A stretch of DNA of 13,471 nucleotides, taken from Nitrospirota bacterium. Its GTDB lineage: Bacteria; Nitrospirota; Thermodesulfovibrionia; Thermodesulfovibrionales; Dissulfurispiraceae. Shown here piece after piece: positions 8,306-13,471 of this stretch. The notes beneath the pieces are model-generated. The model was given only the letters and a program-made list of their open reading frames with translations. It was not told where the DNA came from and did no database searches. The stretch lies in NCBI GenBank assembly GCA_040758355.1, contig JBFLWF010000049.1:1-13471 (forward strand), written 5' to 3'. The position numbers and the translations under genes were made by a program. Position 1 is the stretch's first letter; the number at the start of each line of letters is the position of its first letter.

Positions 8306-9311
8306 CTCCACAGACAGCAGCATCATAGTCGGCATCGGCGATGATGCTGCTGTTATTGCCCCTCAAAAGGAAAAAATCCTTGTCACGACAGATATGATGA
8401 ACGAGGGGATTCATTTTGATCTGAGCTTTACTTCCCCTTTCCATCTCGGTTTTAAATTGGTCTCCGTCAATGTAAGCGATATATTTGCGATGGGCGGCAG
8501 ACCAAAGCACCTTTTCCTGAATATAGCAATGAAGAAAGACGAGGATGAAAATACATTCTGGAAGATGTACGAAGGGATTTTTAGTGCAATGAATATCTAT
8601 GGAGTGAGCTTGGTGGGTGGAGACCTGTGTGCTGCAGAAAACGATATGGTCCTTTCTGCTACAATAATTGGTGCAGGCGATAAGATTATCACAAGGGGTG
8701 GGGCATCTGTAGGAGATAAGATTTATGTGACCGGCACTACAGGCGATTCTGCATGCGGACTGGAAATATTGAAAAGGCTCACAGACGAATCAAAGGAGAT
8801 AATCAAAAATCTGGAGTATTGGAGTAATAGTCATAAAAATATTGGAGTATTGGAGTATTGGAGTAATGAGTTGAAAAATACAATCGATTGGGATATCGCC
8901 GAGCCGTTGCTCAGAAGGCATCTCATGCCTGTTGCGAGAGATTCTGCTGAAATTGCGAATTATGCCACATCCATGATAGACATAAGCGATGGACTATTTA
9001 TTGACCTTTGCAGGATATGCGATGAAAGCAATGTGGGAGCAAGGCTCGATAAAATACCTATATCGGATGAAATGAAAAAGGCTGCAGAGATTATGGGACT
9101 GGATCCGATACCCCTTGCAACATCAGGCGGTGAGGACTACGAACTCTTATTCACAGCACCTTCAGAGTTTAGAGTTCAGAGTTCAGAGTTAGGAGTTAAT
9201 GTGACCTGTATCGGTGAGATCATCGAAAAGGACAGGATTGTTGTGGATAAAACAGGCAGGGAATTTTCCATGAAAGCGGAGGGGTATCAGCACTTTGGCA
9301 CTTCGGGATAA
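8247..9311 (+). CDS. thiL: thiamine-monophosphate kinase
   Basis: [51 protein letters not shown]-terminal GYQHF. Confidence 0.93.
   Translation: MKLRQIGELKLLQEVRKKFSSTDSSIIVGIGDDAAVIAPQKEKILVTTDMMNEGIHFDLSFTSPFHLGFKLVSVNVSDIFAMGGRPKHLFLNIAMKKDEDENTFWKMYEGIFSAMNIYGVSLVGGDLCAAENDMVLSATIIGAGDKIITRGGASVGDKIYVTGTTGDSACGLEILKRLTDESKEIIKNLEYWSNSHKNIGVLEYWSNELKNTIDWDIAEPLLRRHLMPVARDSAEIANYATSMIDISDGLFIDLCRICDESNVGARLDKIPISDEMKKAAEIMGLDPIPLATSGGEDYELLFTAPSEFRVQSSELGVNVTCIGEIIEKDRIVVDKTGREFSMKAEGYQHFGTSG
8812..8867 (+). repeat. 8-bp tandem repeat TGGAGTA(T/A), five copies in two blocks inside thiL
   Basis: Copies start at 8812, 8820, 8843, 8851 and 8859; they encode LEYWSN twice. Confidence 0.9.
9161..9197 (+). 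repeat. 7-bp tandem repeat TTCAGAG, five copies inside thiL
   Basis: TTCAGAG TTTAGAG TTCAGAG TTCAGAG TTAGGAG TT; encodes [12 protein letters not shown]. Confidence 0.9.
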
Positions 9312-9726
9312 ATTAGCAGCAATTTTCAGCGTTAAGGACTCACCAAAAAAGATAGCAATATCATTTGCAGTGGGAGTCTTTATCGGCATGTCGCCGATTT
9401 TGGGGCTGCACACTGTATTGGGCATTGCAGCCGCATGGATTTTCAGGCTGAATAAGTTCGTGACCATTATCGGTGTTTATGTCACAAACCCGTGGACTAT
9501 CGTGCCAATATACACATTTGCAACATGGTTTGGTGCAAAATTACTGGGTGTAAAGAAGATAATACCGTCCATAGACTGGAATGATATAAGCTTCAACTAT
9601 CTCTTAAACGAAATGAGCCATCTTTTATTGCCCTTTGTCTTTGGAACCACACTACTCGGTCTTCTGTCCGCAATAGCAGGCTATATCATAATCTATCAGG
9701 CAGTAATGAGAAGCAGGCAGGAGTAA
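9295..9726 (+). CDS. DUF2062 family membrane protein
   Basis: TTG start with upstream GGAGGGG; DSPKKIAISFAVGVFIGMSP..G.HT, FRLNK and TNPWT..PIY are typical of DUF2062. Confidence 0.85.
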   Translation: MALRDKLAAIFSVKDSPKKIAISFAVGVFIGMSPILGLHTVLGIAAAWIFRLNKFVTIIGVYVTNPWTIVPIYTFATWFGAKLLGVKKIIPSIDWNDISFNYLLNEMSHLLLPFVFGTTLLGLLSAIAGYIIIYQAVMRSRQE

Positions 9727-9728
9727 AA

Positions 9729-9788
9729 CCTTCCGTACTTTCGAACTTTTGCACTTCTGCACTTGAATGCTTTTGCGCTATTGCACTT
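9729..9788. repeat. degenerate 8-bp tandem repeat (consensus ACTTTTGC), ~7.5 units
   Basis: CCTTCCGT ACTTTCGA ACTTTTGC ACTTCTGC ACTTGAAT GCTTTTGC GCTATTGC ACTT fills the convergent intergenic gap. Confidence 0.85.
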
Positions 9789-10281
9789 AATAACGGATTG
9801 ATGTCACAACAAAAACAGCAGTACCGTTAGGTCTGCTCACAACAACTTCATCACCCTCTGTCCTGCGTAACAATGCTTTAGCCATGGGTGAATCAATACT
9901 GATAAAACCCTTGTCAGGATCAAATTCATCAGGACCGACAATGCGATACTGGCAAATGTTTCCATCAGTATCCTCAATTTCAACCCATGCACCAAAAAAT
10001 ACCCTTGAAGTATCATCAGGTATCCTGTCCACTACAATAAGCTCGCTCAATCTCTTTGTAAGAAAACGCACACGAAAATCAATCTGCCTTAACTGCTTTT
10101 TACCATAAATATACTCTGCGTTCTCGGAACGATCTCCCATAGCAGCAGCTTCAGCAACAGCCTGAGTAACCTGGGGGCGTTTAACCTTCCACAGATACGA
10201 CAGCTCCTCACTTAAACGCTTTTGCCCTTCGGGTGTGATATACGGCGAAACATTTATTTTATTGCGTAATGGCTTTCTCAT
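9787..10281 (-). CDS. greB: transcription elongation factor GreB
   Basis: YITPEG, LW...RP.VT, GDRSENAEY.YGKKQLRQID.RVRFL.KRL, VFFGAWV, YRIVGPDE, ISIDSPMAKAL; GreB-type rather than GreA-type. Confidence 0.92.
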   Translation of the reverse strand: MRKPLRNKINVSPYITPEGQKRLSEELSYLWKVKRPQVTQAVAEAAAMGDRSENAEYIYGKKQLRQIDFRVRFLTKRLSELIVVDRIPDDTSRVFFGAWVEIEDTDGNICQYRIVGPDEFDPDKGFISIDSPMAKALLRRTEGDEVVVSRPNGTAVFVVTSIRY

Positions 10282-10288
10282 TATTTCC

Positions 10289-10477
10289 TTATATCTTCTT
10301 TACGCGTCCTACTTCTCCACTTTGCAGACGGACTTTAATCCCATGCGGATGCAAAGACGAATTGGTCAAAATATCTTTTACAATACCTTCCGTCAGTTTG
10401 CCGGTCTTTTGGTCTTTCTTTAATACTATCGAAACACGCAATCCCGGCCTTATATCCGCACGTCTGGTACCGTCCAT
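10289..10477 (-). CDS. YwbE family (DUF2196) small protein
   Basis: 62 aa from ATG 10477 (RBS GGGGAG 6 nt upstream), shorter than the ORF-track call. IVLKKDQKTGKLTEG.VKDILT.S..HPHGIKVRL..G.VGRV is the YwbE pattern. Confidence 0.88.
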   Translation of the reverse strand: MDGTRRADIRPGLRVSIVLKKDQKTGKLTEGIVKDILTNSSLHPHGIKVRLQSGEVGRVKKI

Positions 10478-10594
10478 AAGTTGCTCCCCTATTTCTCCAG
10501 CTTGTAATTTGGGAATCTTTACGTATCCCGTCCATTCAAGCATAGTCTATACCATTATAACAATTTTGAAGAGCTTTAATGTTTTACCGCCTGT

Positions 10595-10606
10595 ATGTGA
10601 TACAAT
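10595..10606 (+). promoter_or_regulatory. extended -10 promoter, probably leaderless transcript
   Basis: ATGTGA-TACAAT ends 6 nt before ATG 10613; no Shine-Dalgarno sequence. Confidence 0.5.
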
Positions 10607-10612
10607 AATCGA

Positions 10613-11062
10613 ATGATTTTAGACTCGCTCGACAATTTCGACAAATATCTCTGCATTCATCAGGGTTTTACAGATGCGTCAGAATTCATCGGCAGGCAGG
10701 ATTTTACCGAACTGCCGCAGGGGAAATACGAGATCAGCAACAGTGGCGTGTTTGCCCTTGTCAGCGAATATGAAACGAAAAAGATTTCCCAGTGCTTTAT
10801 AGAATGCCACCGCAGATACATAGACATACAGATAATCTTAACCGGACGGGAAAAAATCGGGGTCTGTAACAAAAAAGATTGCACGGAAGAGACATACGAC
10901 GAGGGCAGGGATTTTCAGAAATTGCACGGCGAGGTCGGTTTTATAAATCTGACGCCGGGTCTGTTCGCGATATTTTTCACCCACGACGGGCATATGCCGC
11001 AGGTGCAATATGCGAATATACCGGAAACAGTCAAAAAGATCGTCATAAAAGTGCCTGTCTAA
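10613..11062 (+). CDS. YhcH/YjgK/YiaL (DUF386) family protein
   Basis: MILD, GKYEI, ECHRRYIDIQ...G.E.I, PG.FAIFF..D.HMP, VKKIVIKV. Confidence 0.9.
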   Translation: MILDSLDNFDKYLCIHQGFTDASEFIGRQDFTELPQGKYEISNSGVFALVSEYETKKISQCFIECHRRYIDIQIILTGREKIGVCNKKDCTEETYDEGRDFQKLHGEVGFINLTPGLFAIFFTHDGHMPQVQYANIPETVKKIVIKVPV

Positions 11063-11067
11063 GGCGC

Positions 11068-11457
11068 TTAACCATATTCCTTAATTTGACCGAAGAGAAC
11101 TAACCCTTTAATCTTTCTATAATGTTTCCAGTTTCTGGTCAACAGAGGCAACCTTTTGTGAAGCGCTGTTGCTGCTATCAAGGCATCTTCCTTTGTCATT
11201 TCAGGATATTCATTAAGCAGGACAGAATATCTATAGGCTATATCGGCTGTTATATTGATAATCTTGTATTTCCTTAACACATAAAGAATTGCCTGCTTTT
11301 CCGAGTCTTTTAGTCCTTGCTTTGCAAGGAGTTCTTTCTTTGTGATCACTGAATAATATATCGTGAACTCTTTATTCTCCAAGATTTCTTCAAAAAAGCC
11401 GTGGTTAAAGTAGTCAATAAATATGTCTGTATCGATCAAGAGTTTGATTTTTGCCAT
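11068..11457 (-). CDS. PIN-domain (VapC-like) toxin
   Basis: LLIDTDIFIDY, SVIT..EL, DALIAATAL, LLTRN.KHY: conserved acidic PIN residues. Confidence 0.9.
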   Translation of the reverse strand: MAKIKLLIDTDIFIDYFNHGFFEEILENKEFTIYYSVITKKELLAKQGLKDSEKQAILYVLRKYKIINITADIAYRYSVLLNEYPEMTKEDALIAATALHKRLPLLTRNWKHYRKIKGLVLFGQIKEYG

Positions 11458-11702
11458 CTCTTGATCTCATCAAGGAATGCCTTCGTTGAAACCTCTTTTG
11501 ACTTTTTCCTTATAGACCTGACATGTGCCACACTATCTTTTACATCTGTATAGCCATAGGGGTTTAATTTTTCTCTGACCATTTCCTCAAGAATGTTAAC
11601 TGGATAGACGCCTTTTTTCATGGCTTCTTTTATAACCGCTCCTTTCAACGATGCATCGAAAGAGAGAGTCCATTTCTCTTTTTTAAGAACTGCCTTTGCC
11701 AT
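11436..11702 (-). CDS. putative antitoxin with N-terminal ribbon-helix-helix
   Basis: 88 aa directly upstream of and overlapping the PIN gene by 22 bp. EKWTLSFD..LK..V..EA.KKG.....LEEMVRE fits a beta-alpha-alpha pattern; RBS AGGAGG. Confidence 0.7.
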   Translation of the reverse strand: MAKAVLKKEKWTLSFDASLKGAVIKEAMKKGVYPVNILEEMVREKLNPYGYTDVKDSVAHVRSIRKKSKEVSTKAFLDEIKRWQKSNS

Positions 11703-11708
11703 GTCAAA

Positions 11709-11751
11709 CCTCCTATACGTATATTATACGTATCATTTACTGATATAGCAA
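11709..11751 (-). promoter_or_regulatory. promoter/operator of the antitoxin-PIN operon
   Basis: Minus strand TTGCTA (11751-11746), 17 nt, TATAAT (11728-11723). Palindromes TATACGTATA (11714-11723) and ATACGTAT (11726-11733) overlap the -10. Confidence 0.75.
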
Positions 11752-11777
11752 ATGTTTTTCATATCGGTACTTTTCTA

Positions 11778-11802
11778 TACTTTAGAACTTTTGCACTTTT
11801 CC
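11778..11802. repeat. second tract of the ACTTTTGC 8-bp repeat
   Basis: TACTTTAGAACTTTTGCACTT (11778-11798) matches 9736-9756 at 20/21 positions. Confidence 0.8.
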
Positions 11803-11876
11803 CTGTTTTGCTTATAATATGCAAAGGGATCGGGGCGAACTACATTGAGCACGGCATGTGATATAATTAAAGCACC

Positions 11877-12311
11877 ATGAACCTACAAAGCGACATCGGA
11901 CGTATTATCGATTACTTTAAGGGCAGGGACGAGGTTTCCGCCCTGTATATTTTCGGGAGCGCCGCAAATGGCAAGGAAACCGCTGAGAGCGATATCGATA
12001 TTGCTGTCTTGATAAATGACCGCAAAAGAGGGCGAAAGACCTACGAGTCGCTCAAAAAAACCTATTACTCCGCCTCTCCGAAATTTTCTCTGCGCCCCAT
12101 AGACATTGTAGTGTTGAACACAGCCCCGCCTTTTCTAAAACATCGTATTATCAAAACTGGGAAAGTACTTTTTGACAGAAACAGAAGGCTGAGGGTGCGC
12201 TTCACCACGCAGGCCATCATCGAATATCTTGATTTTAAGCCGATAGAGGACTTTTTTGCCAAGGCTGTTGCAAAGCGTTTCCGGAATACGACTGTTGCTA
12301 AACGGACATGA
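11877..12311 (+). CDS. minimal nucleotidyltransferase (MntA-type antitoxin)
   Basis: ALYIFGSAANG....SDIDIAV (GS-x10-DxD), DIVVLN.AP, I..TG.VLF, EYLDF.P. Confidence 0.88.
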   Translation: MNLQSDIGRIIDYFKGRDEVSALYIFGSAANGKETAESDIDIAVLINDRKRGRKTYESLKKTYYSASPKFSLRPIDIVVLNTAPPFLKHRIIKTGKVLFDRNRRLRVRFTTQAIIEYLDFKPIEDFFAKAVAKRFRNTTVAKRT

Positions 12312-12394
12312 AGATTGTGCATACCGTCTGGAAAAAACATATTGCGGATATCGAGAGTTTCTGTAAGACGGTTGTGGGGAAATTTAAACTGTAA
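12305..12394 (+). pseudogene. probable 3' remnant of a HEPN/DUF86 (HepT) toxin gene
   Basis: Reads DMKIVHTVWKKHIADIESFCKTVVGKFKL*, resembling the terminal helix that follows the RxxxxH motif in DUF86 proteins. It lies where the MNT partner is expected. Confidence 0.5.
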
Positions 12395-12411
12395 AGAAAC
12401 CTGTGTGATTT

Positions 12412-12445
12412 GTTGCCCTTTATCGCTGATTTTCGTATAATTTTT
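12412..12445 (+). promoter_or_regulatory. 34-bp repeated promoter element, copy 1
   Basis: GTTGCCCTTTATCGCTGATTTTCGTATAATTTTT = TTGCCC-N17-TATAAT; 33/34 identical to 13003-13036. Confidence 0.85.
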
Positions 12446-12476
12446 AAGCATACCAACAACAGTTGGAGGTTAAGTT

Positions 12477-12740
12477 ATGATTCCGATAGAATTTGACATG
12501 ATTGTTTTTAAAGAAAATGATACTTATGTTGCTTATTGTCCTGAACTCGATATTTCGAGTTGCGGGAATAGCGTTGAGCATGCAAAGGAAATGCTAAAGA
12601 CTGCCGTGAGACTATTTCTTGAGGAATCGGAAAAGATGGGAACTCTTGAGGATATCCTTGAAGAAGCAAATTATAAAAAAGATGCAAGCGGTAAATGGCT
12701 GCCTCCGAGATTGATTGCTACCGAACTGGTGAGCACATAA
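12477..12740 (+). CDS. hicB: HicB-like antitoxin (short, no obvious DNA-binding domain)
   Basis: RBS GGAGG; E...YVAYCPEL.ISSCG.S.E.A..ML..AV.LFLE partial RNase H fold. Confidence 0.85.
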   Translation: MIPIEFDMIVFKENDTYVAYCPELDISSCGNSVEHAKEMLKTAVRLFLEESEKMGTLEDILEEANYKKDASGKWLPPRLIATELVST

Positions 12741-12743
12741 TGT

Positions 12744-12974
12744 ATGCCTAAGATAACGCCTCTTCCTTCCAGTAAGCTCAGGAAAGTATTTGAGAAGGCA
12801 GGGTTCACATGCGTAAGGATTGAAGGTGATCATTATGTATATACAAAACCAGGAATATCAAGACCTGTTGTCATACCAGATTGGCCTGAAGTGCCTGTGT
12901 TTATAATCAAGAACAATTTGCGGACTGCGAACATAAGCAGAGAAGAATATTTTGAGATTTTGGCGAAGATATAG
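12744..12974 (+). CDS. hicA: HicA-family mRNA interferase toxin
   Basis: MPKI.P, K.FEKAGF..VR.EGDH, VVIP, I.NNLR.A.ISREEY. Confidence 0.88.
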   Translation: MPKITPLPSSKLRKVFEKAGFTCVRIEGDHYVYTKPGISRPVVIPDWPEVPVFIIKNNLRTANISREEYFEILAKI

Positions 12975-13002
12975 ATATGTGTTTATACAAGGGTATTCGC
13001 CA

Positions 13003-13036
13003 GTTGCCCTTTAACGCTGATTTTCGTATAATTTTT
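13003..13036 (+). promoter_or_regulatory. 34-bp repeated promoter element, copy 2
   Basis: GTTGCCCTTTAACGCTGATTTTCGTATAATTTTT = TTGCCC-N17-TATAAT. Confidence 0.85.
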
Positions 13037-13076
13037 TTAAGTTTGGCGAGGGGGACATATATAAAGGAGGTTTTTT

Positions 13077-13385
13077 ATGAAGGATGATAATCCAGTATTA
13101 TGGGGTTCCGTTATAGCTGTTGCTTTTTTCCTACTTTCCGTTTGGATGCTTTCTCGATCAATTGGAGCAGACTTTAAAATTACCTTCAATACTGTCGTTA
13201 TCAATATTGTAATACTTATAGTGGTTAGTCTAATTTGGTGGTTTATCAGACCCAGCATTTTGCCGCTGTTTCTTGGAATGCTATTATTTTTGTGGCCTAC
13301 ATGGTGGAGCGTGTTGAATAGTGCTGCTGAGAATAAATTAAAAACGGCTCATCGTGGAAGAGAGTGGGTAAACCGATGGACTTGA
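13077..13385 (+). CDS. hypothetical small membrane protein (about 3 TM helices, Trp-rich)
   Basis: Strong RBS AAGGAGG, own promoter copy, three hydrophobic segments; no family recognised. Confidence 0.7.
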   Translation: MKDDNPVLWGSVIAVAFFLLSVWMLSRSIGADFKITFNTVVINIVILIVVSLIWWFIRPSILPLFLGMLLFLWPTWWSVLNSAAENKLKTAHRGREWVNRWT

Positions 13386-13471
13386 AGCGGTATAACATGG
13401 CTTCAAATAATGGGGAAAGAGCTTTCAAAGGGGCGAGAAAATCCGTATGATTACCGTATGGGAAAAAATAG

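Noticed and set aside
10478..10543. 22-aa N-terminal extension of the YwbE-like ORF
   Set aside because: Family similarity and the RBS point to ATG 10477.
12065..12451. 128-aa minus-strand ORF
   Set aside because: Antisense to mntA and crosses the promoter repeat; no recognisable motifs.
12961..13002. Inverted repeat TGGCGAA...TTCGCCA after hicA
   Set aside because: 7-bp arms with a poorly paired interior and no U-tract; could be chance.
12412..13036. 34-bp repeats as a CRISPR array or integron attC sites
   Set aside because: Copies are 591 bp apart with genes between, no cas or intI gene is present, there are no RYYYAAC/GTTRRRY cores, and the repeat is not palindromic.
13382..13406. Hairpin TTGAAGC-N11-GCTTCAA at the end of the last gene
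   Set aside because: Short stem, long loop and no U-tract, so it cannot be called a terminator. The internal GTATAAC has no matching attC right end in the window.

Overview
Bacterial chromosomal window, moderately AT-rich. Gene content and order suggest an anaerobic Nitrospirota/Desulfobacterota-like organism (inference only). Left: the 5' end of a possible Fur-family gene running off the window, a YwiC-like membrane protein, and a tungstate ABC transporter (tupA-tupB-tupC) interrupted by a diguanylate cyclase with a CXXCH-bearing DUF3365-type sensor. Middle: a housekeeping run, tRNA-Leu(TAA)-galU-hsp20-lon-thiL-DUF2062; thiL carries two in-frame short tandem repeat tracts. Right: an accessory region. 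A greB-ywbE-like-yhcH-like-vapC/antitoxin block is bracketed by 21-bp direct repeats built from an 8-bp unit. It is followed by small modules (mntA with a probable hepT remnant, hicB-hicA, an unknown membrane protein), each preceded by a copy of the same promoter-shaped element. No integrase, transposase, rRNA or CRISPR array is visible.
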